Below, piece by piece: positions 27,996-36,662 of a DNA stretch of 64,000 nt. The notes beneath the pieces were generated by a model. That model saw only the letters and a list, made by a program, of their open reading frames with translations. It was not told the DNA's origin and made no database searches. The DNA comes from a virus (Duplodnaviria; Heunggongvirae; Uroviricota; Caudoviricetes): the IMG/VR virus record IMGVR_UViG_3300028805_000047; one strand, written 5' to 3'. The number at the start of each line of letters is the position of its first letter. Position 1 is the stretch's first letter. A program made the position numbers and the translations under genes.

Positions 27996-28955
27996 ATGAA
28001 AAATTTACAGACTTTTAAGAGCTTCATCAATGAAGCTGCTTCAATAGAAAAAGGACCTGATGGAATGTATCATCCAAAAGATAGAGAGGGATTAGAAAGT
28101 ATTCTTAATCAGCTTATAAAAGAAAGAGGAAATGAGGGTGACTTCAATGATATTGATACGTCAGCAATTACTGATATGAATGGATTATTTTATCGTAATT
28201 GGGATTTTAATGGAAATATATCCAAATGGGATGTAAGCAATGTCACTAATATGCGTGGAATGTTTGAGTTTGCAACATCATTTAACCAACCTATTGGAAA
28301 TTGGAATGTTAGTAAAGTTACTGATATGAGTTCTATGTTTCAATGTGCCTATAATTTTAATCAAGATATATCCAGATGGAATGTAGGTAATGTTAAAAAT
28401 ATGGAAATGATGTTTACATGGACAACATCATTTAACCAACCTATTGGAAATTGGAATGTTAGTAAAGTTACTGATATGAGTCATATGTTTGAAAGAGCAG
28501 AATCATTTAATCAAGACATTTCAAAATGGAATACAGATAATATTACAAGTAAGGTGTATAGCATGTTTGAAAAATGTCCAATTAAGGATGAATATAAGTG
28601 CATATTTACAAAAATTAAAAATGAAATACCTGAAGATGATGACGATGATGAAGGTAGTATGAGTGATCAAGAACTTAAAGATTTATTTAGTAAGAAAGTA
28701 TATGGTGAAATGGAAGAGGATCCAGATCCAGTTGTTTTGAATGCAAAAACTGATGTATTTTGTGATGAGGGTGATATTGATTTTGATAAATGGATGGATA
28801 AACTAATTAGTACTGTTACGGACCGTTATGGAGATGATTTTACTGAAGAAGAGATGAAAAAAGCAGTTTATGCAGATAAAGAATTTTTAGACGATTTAAA
28901 AAGCGAGTATGAATCTTGTAAAGAAGCTTGTGAAGAAAATGATGAGGATTATTAA
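27996..28955 (+). CDS. CTS-module protein with DUF285/BspA-like ~26-residue repeats and an acidic C-terminus (319 aa)
   Basis: N-terminus 'MKNLQTFKSFINEAASIEKGPDGMYHPK...RGNEGDFNDIDTS', then repeats of the 'FNQPIGNWNVSKVTDMSxMF' type. TATAAATA box at about 27960. Confidence 0.6.
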   Translation: MKNLQTFKSFINEAASIEKGPDGMYHPKDREGLESILNQLIKERGNEGDFNDIDTSAITDMNGLFYRNWDFNGNISKWDVSNVTNMRGMFEFATSFNQPIGNWNVSKVTDMSSMFQCAYNFNQDISRWNVGNVKNMEMMFTWTTSFNQPIGNWNVSKVTDMSHMFERAESFNQDISKWNTDNITSKVYSMFEKCPIKDEYKCIFTKIKNEIPEDDDDDEGSMSDQELKDLFSKKVYGEMEEDPDPVVLNAKTDVFCDEGDIDFDKWMDKLISTVTDRYGDDFTEEEMKKAVYADKEFLDDLKSEYESCKEACEENDEDY

Positions 28956-28984
28956 AAATAATTCTTATCTAAAAATACTTCAAA

Positions 28985-29021
28985 AACAACCCTGTCAGAA
29001 ACGTCAGGGTTGTTTTATTTT
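28985..29021 (+). terminator. Rho-independent terminator (conserved hairpin, copy 2)
   Basis: AACAACCCTG/CAGGGTTGTT stem with a T-run. Confidence 0.85.
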
Positions 29022-29140
29022 AAAATAATTTGAAACGATATGTAAAAATATTGTTTATTATATTTACTTCAACAAATTAAATAACAGCATTAAACAAATA
29101 GTTATAAATATATTATAATATAAGTTAAACCTAAAAGATT

Positions 29141-29977
29141 ATGGAAAATTTAAAAACTTTCAAAAGTTTCATCAATGAAGCAGCTTCAATAGAAAAGAGT
29201 CAAGACGGAATGTATCATCCAAAAGATAAAGAGGAATTAGAAAGTATTCTCAATAAGCTTATAAAAGAAAGAGGTAATGAAGGTGACTTCAATGATATTG
29301 ATACATCAGCAGTTACTGATATGTCAGAGTTATTTTGGCATAAAACACTTTTTAATGGTGATATTTCTAAATGGAATACTAGTAATGTTACTAATATGGC
29401 TAATATGTTTGAGATGGCAAGATCTTTCAATCAACCTATTGGTAATTGGGACGTAAGCAGTGTTACAGACATGCATGAAATGTTTTTGCAAGCACAAAAA
29501 TTTAATCAAGACATTTCTAAATGGGATGTAAGTTTTGTAAGAAATATGGATGGTTTATTTTGTCTTGCAGAATCTTTCAATCAACCTATAGGTAATTGGA
29601 ACACAAGTAAAGTGACTAACATGGAAAGAATGTTTAATGGAGCAATTTCTTTTAATCAATCTATTGGAAATTGGAATACTAGTAATGTTACTAATATGGC
29701 TTCTATGTTTCATAATGCAAAAGCTTTTAACCAACCTATTGAAGGTTGGGATGTTAGCAATGTTACTAAAATGAATGATATGTTTTCAGGTACTGATTCT
29801 TTCAATCAAAACATATCTAAATGGGATACAAGTAAAGTTGTTAGTATGGTAGGTATGTTTTTGCGAGCAAAAGCTTTTAACCAAGATATCTCTAATTGGA
29901 ATGTAAAAGAAGTTAAAGATTCTGAAGATATATTTTATAATTGTCCAATCAAAGAAGAATTTAAGCCAAGATTTTAA
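29141..29977 (+). CDS. CTS-module protein with DUF285/BspA-like repeats (278 aa)
   Basis: 'MENLKTFKSFINEAASIEKSQDGMYHPK...' followed by about eight 'FNQ.I..W[DN][TV]S.V..M..MF' repeats. 'ttataaatatat' late box about 40 nt upstream. Confidence 0.6.
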   Translation: MENLKTFKSFINEAASIEKSQDGMYHPKDKEELESILNKLIKERGNEGDFNDIDTSAVTDMSELFWHKTLFNGDISKWNTSNVTNMANMFEMARSFNQPIGNWDVSSVTDMHEMFLQAQKFNQDISKWDVSFVRNMDGLFCLAESFNQPIGNWNTSKVTNMERMFNGAISFNQSIGNWNTSNVTNMASMFHNAKAFNQPIEGWDVSNVTKMNDMFSGTDSFNQNISKWDTSKVVSMVGMFLRAKAFNQDISNWNVKEVKDSEDIFYNCPIKEEFKPRF

Positions 29978-30016
29978 AGAGTAAAATTAAAAAAATTCTT
30001 ATCTAAAATACTTTGT

Positions 30017-30055
30017 AAAACAACCCTGACATTTCTGACAGGGTTGTTTTATTTT
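30017..30055 (+). terminator. Rho-independent terminator (conserved hairpin, copy 3)
   Basis: 12-bp stem AAAACAACCCTG/CAGGGTTGTTTT with a T-run. Confidence 0.85.
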
Positions 30056-30082
30056 AAAATAATTTAAAAATTTTTCAAATTT

Positions 30083-30111
30083 TTGATCCAACTTTCAAAA
30101 AGTCATATTAT
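30083..30111 (+). promoter_or_regulatory. Sigma70-type promoter TTGATC-N17-TATTAT (copy 3)
   Basis: Same conserved element. Confidence 0.6.
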
Positions 30112-30154
30112 ATTTACCTCATCAAATTAGTATTAACGATTAAAATTAAGGATT

Positions 30155-30442
30155 ATGACAGATATAACACAAGAGTCAGTCTTTAAAAAATTTATAAAAT
30201 TTTCTGACGAGTTTCCAAGAGAAAATGAAGAGATAGTATTCATTGAAAAGATGCACAGCAATTTGCATCTTACAATATGTGCATATTATGTTGAAAGATC
30301 AAAGAAAGATTTTGAAGAGTGCTACATATATTCAAACAATTACCAGAATACATTTTCTACAGACAAGACCGAATTAAGATTAGGTGATTTCTATTGGATG
30401 TATGCGAAAGACTTTAAGGAAAATTTAAGTAAAATGTTTTAA
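30155..30442 (+). CDS. Hypothetical protein (95 aa)
   Basis: SD 'aaggat'; downstream of the conserved promoter. Confidence 0.5.
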   Translation: MTDITQESVFKKFIKFSDEFPRENEEIVFIEKMHSNLHLTICAYYVERSKKDFEECYIYSNNYQNTFSTDKTELRLGDFYWMYAKDFKENLSKMF

Positions 30443-30452
30443 AATTAATTTT

Positions 30453-31094
30453 ATGAATAGTACGACAAGTAATACATGGTTTTCAGAAACGACAAATACA
30501 AGTGTTTTTGTAAAACAACCTATTGACTTAGGCATGGCTGATTCAGGTGATTTGTTTTATGACAAATCAGGATTTGAAATCAGGTTTATTGGATATGCCG
30601 GTGATTTCTACGGTCAAGACATTTATTATTGTGCCAAAATTACGCATAAATTGCCTAACAATATAGTGGACATTTACAAGTATTACAGAGATGGCGAGGT
30701 TGTGGAAGATACAGCGAATACTGACAGCATTTACTCAAAATCTGATACACAAGGTTATATTGGGACACAAAAAGAGTTGTGTACGATAGAATTTACTAAA
30801 ACTGAGCTTTCTACTGACAGCATACAGCTTACACAAGGTATTGACACATATACGGCATTTCGTCATATCAATCGTAAATGCTTTATAAAGTTCATTGACA
30901 ATTTAAGTTATCAAGACGCTCTTAAAGCATATCAGGCAATGCATGATAATGATAAGGCGAATAAAGAAAAATACACATTAAATGTCTTGACAAATTATTT
31001 TGATGACAATGACAAAAATTACAATTACGAATTAAGCGGATTTGAGTTGTCAGATTTGAGCAAAGTAAAATTTAATGTAGAAAAACTTTCTTAA
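30453..31094 (+). CDS. Hypothetical protein (213 aa)
   Basis: ORF tiling. Confidence 0.45.
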   Translation: MNSTTSNTWFSETTNTSVFVKQPIDLGMADSGDLFYDKSGFEIRFIGYAGDFYGQDIYYCAKITHKLPNNIVDIYKYYRDGEVVEDTANTDSIYSKSDTQGYIGTQKELCTIEFTKTELSTDSIQLTQGIDTYTAFRHINRKCFIKFIDNLSYQDALKAYQAMHDNDKANKEKYTLNVLTNYFDDNDKNYNYELSGFELSDLSKVKFNVEKLS

Positions 31095-31104
31095 ACTATA
31101 TACT

Positions 31105-31332
31105 ATGGAAAATTTTATCAAACTTCATACAGAAAACAATCAAGAAATATTGATAGATATTCTTGATTTTATAAATGTTGAGGAATTTAAATCCAATGAC
31201 TGTAATTCAATAGTTTATTATTCTGATAAAAAAGATGGTAGGTTTGAATATTTTCAGGAACTTGTGAAAGAAACAAAAGAAGAAGTCCTTATGAAATTAC
31301 AGAAAAGTACAAAGAACAATTTAAAGTTATGA
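31105..31332 (+). CDS. Hypothetical protein (75 aa)
   Basis: ORF tiling. Confidence 0.4.
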   Translation: MENFIKLHTENNQEILIDILDFINVEEFKSNDCNSIVYYSDKKDGRFEYFQELVKETKEEVLMKLQKSTKNNLKL

Positions 31333-31544
31333 CAAAAGAACAATTTGAAGAAAAGTACAAATTTGCACTTAGTATCGGATGCGAAACAGTATCAAGGGAA
31401 GAAGACGATATCAGGAGATATATTCAGAGATGGAACCTTGATGAAAAGAAAATTGAAGAAACATACAATAATTCAACATGGTCTGAACATACGACACTTG
31501 AAAGATGTTTGAGTTTCATCAAAAAGAAAAAAATTATTAAATAA
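31329..31544 (+). CDS. Hypothetical protein (71 aa)
   Basis: ATGA overlap. Confidence 0.4.
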   Translation: MTKEQFEEKYKFALSIGCETVSREEDDIRRYIQRWNLDEKKIEETYNNSTWSEHTTLERCLSFIKKKKIIK

Positions 31545-31610
31545 TTTTAAATTTCTGTAAAAACATTGTTTATTATATTTACTTAATTATTAATTTTAAA
31601 CTTAACAAAA

Positions 31611-32417
31611 ATGAAAAAATTATTAGTTTTAGCAGTACTTGCAGCAATGTTTGCAAGCTGTACAAGAGTGGATTCCGCTGAAGTCGGTATCAAATTCAAA
31701 AAATTCAGTTTGACTGAACAGGGTGAACTTATTGCGACTACCTGTACAGGTTGGACATGGTATAATCCATTTACAACAAGCGTCTACACTTATCCCATTT
31801 CAGTCCAACAAAAGGATTACGATTCTTTGAAAATTATGACAAAGGATGCAGCAATTTTCAGTATGGATCCATATTTGTCATATCGCCTTAATCGATCAAA
31901 GGCTATTGATGTATTTAAAACATATCGTAATGACTTAAAGACTATTGAAGAAGGTTATATAAAGACTTGTATTTATGACGCGTACCGTATTTGTGCCAAT
32001 AAGTATACATCTGATGAGTTAATGAGTAGCCGGGCTGTTTTTGAGAATGATGTCCGTATGATACTTGATTCGTCTCTTGCAAGTGAAGGCTTCGAGATAA
32101 AAGAATTTACATCTCAGATAGTACCTCCTCAGAGTTTGTCACAAATGATTAATGAAAAGAATGCTGCAGTACAAAGGGCGTTGAAGGCAGAGAACCAAGT
32201 TAAAGAAGCTGAAGCCAATGCCAAGATTGCGATTGCCAAGGCAAAAGGAAAAGCTGAGGCGTTGAAAATAGAGGCTGATGGTGAAGCATATTATAATAGA
32301 ACTGTAGCACAATCATTAAATTCATTGCTTGTACAACAATATGCATTAGAGAAGTGGGACGGAAAATTACCTGTTACAAATGCATCTAATTCTATACCGT
32401 TTCTGAACATAAAATAA
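31611..32417 (+). CDS. Lipoprotein with an SPFH/Band-7-like domain
   Basis: Signal peptide plus lipobox 'LAVLAAMFASC'. C-terminal 'ENQVKEAEANAKIAIAKAKGKAEALKIEADGEAYYNRTVAQSLN' is typical of the SPFH (HflK/C, flotillin) family. Confidence 0.5.
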   Translation: MKKLLVLAVLAAMFASCTRVDSAEVGIKFKKFSLTEQGELIATTCTGWTWYNPFTTSVYTYPISVQQKDYDSLKIMTKDAAIFSMDPYLSYRLNRSKAIDVFKTYRNDLKTIEEGYIKTCIYDAYRICANKYTSDELMSSRAVFENDVRMILDSSLASEGFEIKEFTSQIVPPQSLSQMINEKNAAVQRALKAENQVKEAEANAKIAIAKAKGKAEALKIEADGEAYYNRTVAQSLNSLLVQQYALEKWDGKLPVTNASNSIPFLNIK

Positions 32418-32459
32418 ATTTGTTGACATTTTTTATATTTTCTTATTTCTTATTTTGGT

Positions 32460-32492
32460 AATGCCCTGTCAGTTTTGATAGGGCATTATTTT
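32460..32492 (+). terminator. Rho-independent terminator
   Basis: AATGCCCTGTCA/TGATAGGGCATT stem (one G-U), GTTT loop, T-run. Confidence 0.8.
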
Positions 32493-32535
32493 ATAAATAA
32501 TAAATATATTGTTGAACGTTAAAATATTTTAAGTT

Positions 32536-33390
32536 ATGCCAATACGAAAAGTACACGGTGGATATAAATTCGGCAAGGTCGGAAAAGTATATCGAACAAA
32601 GAAAAAAGCTGAAAAGCAGATGAGAGCAATGTATGCAAATGGTCTTGCTGAAGAAACCAAGGATCTTCCAACATTTAAAAATTTTATTAATGAATCTGAA
32701 GATGTTTCAAAATCATTTGAAGAACTTAAATCAGGTGACAAGCTTTATAGATGTAAACTTTATTTTGATTCTAATCACAATAAAGATTTAGGTATTCCTG
32801 ATTCTATAAAAGTTTGGACAATGACTGTTAGTATGGTAGGCTATTTTAATAATGAATTTCAAATAAGTTATGCATATGACACAGACAACTTTAAAGAAGC
32901 AATTAAAATACAAGATGCCTATGAAAGCTGTGATATGGAAGATGATAGTTCATTTATTGCAACTAGCATTGATGCATTGGTAAAAGGTGTTTCAAAAGTA
33001 TTTGGCAATAAAGTTGGTTCTAAAGTCTTAGTCAGTGCTAAAGATTCAGATACCGGTAATTCTAACACATTTGCAAGTCTTTCAACTGGTGATAAGTTTT
33101 ATGTATGGAAAGCAAATGACAGAGAGTACATATATGAATATACTTTTCAAGACATTGAAAAGGACAGATATGATGAGGTTTCTATAGTAGGCATTAATAG
33201 TTTTACAGGTCATGAAACATTCCCTTTGTCACAAGAGGAATTTCATAAGTCAATAGTAAAGATTGACGCAAATGGTAAAGATGTTGATTTGGATAACTAC
33301 AAAATTAGTGATTTAAAAACATTGATTTGTGTCGATAAAAATGAAATCCTTGATATTCTCAGAGCTTCTGAAAGCGATATTGTAAAATAA
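32536..33390 (+). CDS. Protein with a conserved 47-aa basic N-terminal module followed by an internal CTS-like motif (284 aa); paralog of 52369..53127
   Basis: 'MPIRKVHGGYKFGKVGKVYRTKKKAEKQMRAMYANGLAEETKDLPTFKNFINESED' is nearly identical over the first ~50 aa to the ORF at 52369, and the upstream ~30 nt are identical as well. Confidence 0.55.
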   Translation: MPIRKVHGGYKFGKVGKVYRTKKKAEKQMRAMYANGLAEETKDLPTFKNFINESEDVSKSFEELKSGDKLYRCKLYFDSNHNKDLGIPDSIKVWTMTVSMVGYFNNEFQISYAYDTDNFKEAIKIQDAYESCDMEDDSSFIATSIDALVKGVSKVFGNKVGSKVLVSAKDSDTGNSNTFASLSTGDKFYVWKANDREYIYEYTFQDIEKDRYDEVSIVGINSFTGHETFPLSQEEFHKSIVKIDANGKDVDLDNYKISDLKTLICVDKNEILDILRASESDIVK

Positions 33391-33436
33391 CATAGTTATC
33401 AACGAAGTAAAATTATGATATAATGACAGCTCTTAA

Positions 33437-33622
33437 ATGTTTATAGATATTAAGCGTTTGGGAGCTGTCATTTATAAATTAGTTCACATGAGTTGCAACT
33501 GTTCTAAAATTAAGCTATCAAATGTAATTAGTACTATTAAGAAAGCTTGGAAAGAGTCATCTAATATACAAAAACCTGAAAAGCAAGAAGTTAAGGTTAT
33601 AAATAAAAGAAAAATAGAATAA
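33437..33622 (+). CDS. Hypothetical small protein (61 aa)
   Basis: ORF only. Confidence 0.3.
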   Translation: MFIDIKRLGAVIYKLVHMSCNCSKIKLSNVISTIKKAWKESSNIQKPEKQEVKVINKRKIE

Positions 33623-33912
33623 TGGATACAAGAAAGGTTTATGATACAAAGCTTTTAAAATATCGCGATTTCCAGCCTCTTAGAAATCAGCATAAATATG
33701 ATTTCACAAAAATAAAGAATTGCGGATATGATATTGATAAAGAAGGTATCTTAAAAAGATGTGTCAGTAAAGTGATGTATTCAGATTCGAAAATGTCAAT
33801 ATTTTTAAATTATATAGATAGAATGCTTGTACATTTTATAGACTGTATAAAATATATTCAGTTCTATAATAATTTTTCAATGAAGAATGATGACACTCAT
33901 ATAAATATATAA
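33622..33912 (+). CDS. Hypothetical protein (96 aa)
   Basis: ORF tiling. Confidence 0.4.
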   Translation: MDTRKVYDTKLLKYRDFQPLRNQHKYDFTKIKNCGYDIDKEGILKRCVSKVMYSDSKMSIFLNYIDRMLVHFIDCIKYIQFYNNFSMKNDDTHINI

Positions 33913-33924
33913 AAGTATATTAAA

Positions 33925-35334
33925 ATGAGACATTCTTTTTTCAAATTAACAAATTCAATATTACTTGAATACATACCATGGAGCGACATGGCTGATGAAA
34001 CTTTGTCTATAAAATATCCTGAGATTATAGGCAGACATCTTTCAATGAATAGGACATGCGTAGTAGAAGACTACAAATATTATAAAAGCAAGTATATCTT
34101 TATAGATGACTTTCAGACAGATTTTGAAAGTATGACTACAAATTGCAGTAAGTCAAATACTGTTTTCTCTATGGAGACAAATAAAGGCAGTTTTATAGAT
34201 GCCGGATTTGATAAAGAAGTTTGTTACCTCGATATAGACAGGGATTTTACGAATACAAGAAATATGAAATATTCGTCAAATGAAGTTATGAATTTTGATA
34301 CGATAATACTTCATTTTACGAGAAGCGGACTTGATTTGTCAGGATATAAGTCATATATATTTGAAATAAAGAATTATACGACACTTGAAGAGAATAATCT
34401 CGTTTTTGCTTCAGTTTTATTAAATGCTGACAGTAAGTATATATTGAATGCAAGGCCTGAATGCATAGACGGAAAACTATATGTTAAGAAAATGGTTTTC
34501 AGAATACCAAGTGTTTCATATTTGAATGATGCAGATACTTTAAAGAATTTTAGAGGTTTTCTAAAACCTAATGATTTAAATGGATCATACTGCAAGGCTT
34601 CTTTACTTGGTGTCAAGAATATTTCTGTACAAGGAGGCATATATAATGTTTATAATACTGAATTTATCAGTGCAGCAAATATAACTGAACTAAGGAATAG
34701 GGATATTGCTCTTGAACTTGGACATGCTCAGACAGGCGAATATTTTGTATTAAGATCAGTTGCAAATGATGGCAGTATAGAGATGAGTGATTATTTACGT
34801 TCTCAAAATGATTCATTTATAATGGATTATAAATTGACACTTACCGAATACTATGTTTCTGATTCTTCAATAGAAGTTCTTAGTAAAGTGACAGATTCTG
34901 TAGAATATGTTAAGTCATTTGATATAGCTGTCGATGACAATACATGTAATGAGGAGATATTTTACAGACCTACTCTGAAAATGAATAATGCATATTATTT
35001 TGTTCTTTCCTGCGAAATGACGCTTACATCTGTTTCAGACGGCAATTCATCTGTATTTAATGCAACTTATGAATACGGACGAGATAATGGAGAAAATGTA
35101 TCAATATATGGAAAGAATATCAGACCATATATAAACAAGTCATCTAATTTATTGTCTGTCAATGTATATAATAAACGTAAGAAAGATGATGAGATGATGC
35201 CTGTACTTCAAGTTAATTCAACAGCCTCATTGAATCAAAAAGCTACAACTGTTAATATTTCATCATTTATTGAAAGTACTGATATTTTGGTATCTGTATC
35301 AGATGTGACAACACAAGATATTACTATAGAATAA
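33925..35334 (+). CDS. Hypothetical late (virion/tail?) protein (469 aa)
   Basis: TATAAATA box at about 33905; first gene of a block of tail-fibre-like genes. Confidence 0.5.
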   Translation: MRHSFFKLTNSILLEYIPWSDMADETLSIKYPEIIGRHLSMNRTCVVEDYKYYKSKYIFIDDFQTDFESMTTNCSKSNTVFSMETNKGSFIDAGFDKEVCYLDIDRDFTNTRNMKYSSNEVMNFDTIILHFTRSGLDLSGYKSYIFEIKNYTTLEENNLVFASVLLNADSKYILNARPECIDGKLYVKKMVFRIPSVSYLNDADTLKNFRGFLKPNDLNGSYCKASLLGVKNISVQGGIYNVYNTEFISAANITELRNRDIALELGHAQTGEYFVLRSVANDGSIEMSDYLRSQNDSFIMDYKLTLTEYYVSDSSIEVLSKVTDSVEYVKSFDIAVDDNTCNEEIFYRPTLKMNNAYYFVLSCEMTLTSVSDGNSSVFNATYEYGRDNGENVSIYGKNIRPYINKSSNLLSVNVYNKRKKDDEMMPVLQVNSTASLNQKATTVNISSFIESTDILVSVSDVTTQDITIE

Positions 35335-35412
35335 TTTGTTTGTCTTCAAACTTTTATAAATATATAAATTCTAGACGTCTGCTCAGCAGGTCTAATAAAA
35401 TGAAGACGAACA

Positions 35413-36225
35413 ATGAACTTAAAAGACAATAAATATCAAAATCTTGATTTAACAGACTGTTTAAAAACTTTACGTAAAAAAGTTAATGAAAACTTTGAAA
35501 AGGTTAAAAATAATTTAGGCCTTTTAGATTCAGCTATTTGCAAAGTTTCAGACAATACATATATTGCGAAACTTATGAAGGCAATTCTTGATGTAAAGTC
35601 AGCAACTGTTAACGGAGAATTTTATGCAAAGTTTTCAGATAAGAATACAGACGGATTAAGACTTTCAAGTAAGGGTGTTCAAATTACATCTTATCATGAT
35701 ATTGCCAATATAGAATCTGAAAGAGGATTTATATATACAATATCTTCAGCAGCACAAAATGCTTATATTGATTTGACATCACCTGAATTATATAATGCAA
35801 TGCCTGATGATGAAGTAATTTGTATAAGAATAGACGACAATGCGTCAATATATGCTGAAATAAAAGTTAATCTGATAGGATTTAATTCTATCCGTTCAAT
35901 AAAGCTTACTCCAGATATTCCTTCAGTAACGCTTATGAAGGTTCATGATTCTTCAGCAGCAAGATTTGTAGTTTTGTCTTATGCAAATCTTCAGATGAAG
36001 GATGAATCTGAGCAGTCTTATGAAGAACTAGAACAGCGTATTATTAAACTAGAGGCTTCGATGGATATTGTAATTAATAATATTACAGACATAGAAACAG
36101 GCATTATGAATATTGAAAATAGTATTACAAATATTACTAATAATGTTAATGAATTAAGTAATAGGGTTCAAATGAATACGTCTGATATAGCACAGTTAAA
36201 ATCAATGGATTGGGAACAAGTATAA
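35413..36225 (+). CDS. Fibre-like protein with a C-terminal coiled coil (270 aa)
   Basis: 'LEASMDIVINNITDIETGIMNIENSITNITNNVNELSNRVQ' heptad repeats; TATAAATA box plus a hairpin upstream (35355..35400). Confidence 0.45.
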   Translation: MNLKDNKYQNLDLTDCLKTLRKKVNENFEKVKNNLGLLDSAICKVSDNTYIAKLMKAILDVKSATVNGEFYAKFSDKNTDGLRLSSKGVQITSYHDIANIESERGFIYTISSAAQNAYIDLTSPELYNAMPDDEVICIRIDDNASIYAEIKVNLIGFNSIRSIKLTPDIPSVTLMKVHDSSAARFVVLSYANLQMKDESEQSYEELEQRIIKLEASMDIVINNITDIETGIMNIENSITNITNNVNELSNRVQMNTSDIAQLKSMDWEQV

Positions 36226-36237
36226 AATATTTTAGTA

Positions 36238-36651
36238 ATGGAAGATTATATTAAAATAGAAGAAAATGACAATCTTGAGGAATCAAGAAAAAAGATTAAC
36301 AGAAATTTCAAAATTTTAAAGGATAATTTATCAGAAATTTCTGTAACAGCTCCTTATAATTATCATACAGCAGAGACAACTTTGTTGGAAAGTGGTAATT
36401 TTTACAATTTAGGAATTATACTTGCATTTCCTGATCTTGTGTCTACAAAATGTATAGATAGTCAGCCAATTAAACAAATTAAAGCATTTTTTAATTGTGA
36501 AGAAACTATTTCATTACCTACGGATACAATTAATTATGAGGATATTACGTGGTATGGTACTAATTTTGAAGTTTCTAATGATTCAATTAATGCAGGTACA
36601 TATACTGTAGAAATAATTGATAATAATGCATTTATAACAAAATTACTATAA
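36238..36651 (+). CDS. Hypothetical protein (137 aa)
   Basis: ORF tiling within the tail-fibre block. Confidence 0.45.
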   Translation: MEDYIKIEENDNLEESRKKINRNFKILKDNLSEISVTAPYNYHTAETTLLESGNFYNLGIILAFPDLVSTKCIDSQPIKQIKAFFNCEETISLPTDTINYEDITWYGTNFEVSNDSINAGTYTVEIIDNNAFITKLL

Positions 36652-36662
36652 TTGTTTTTATT

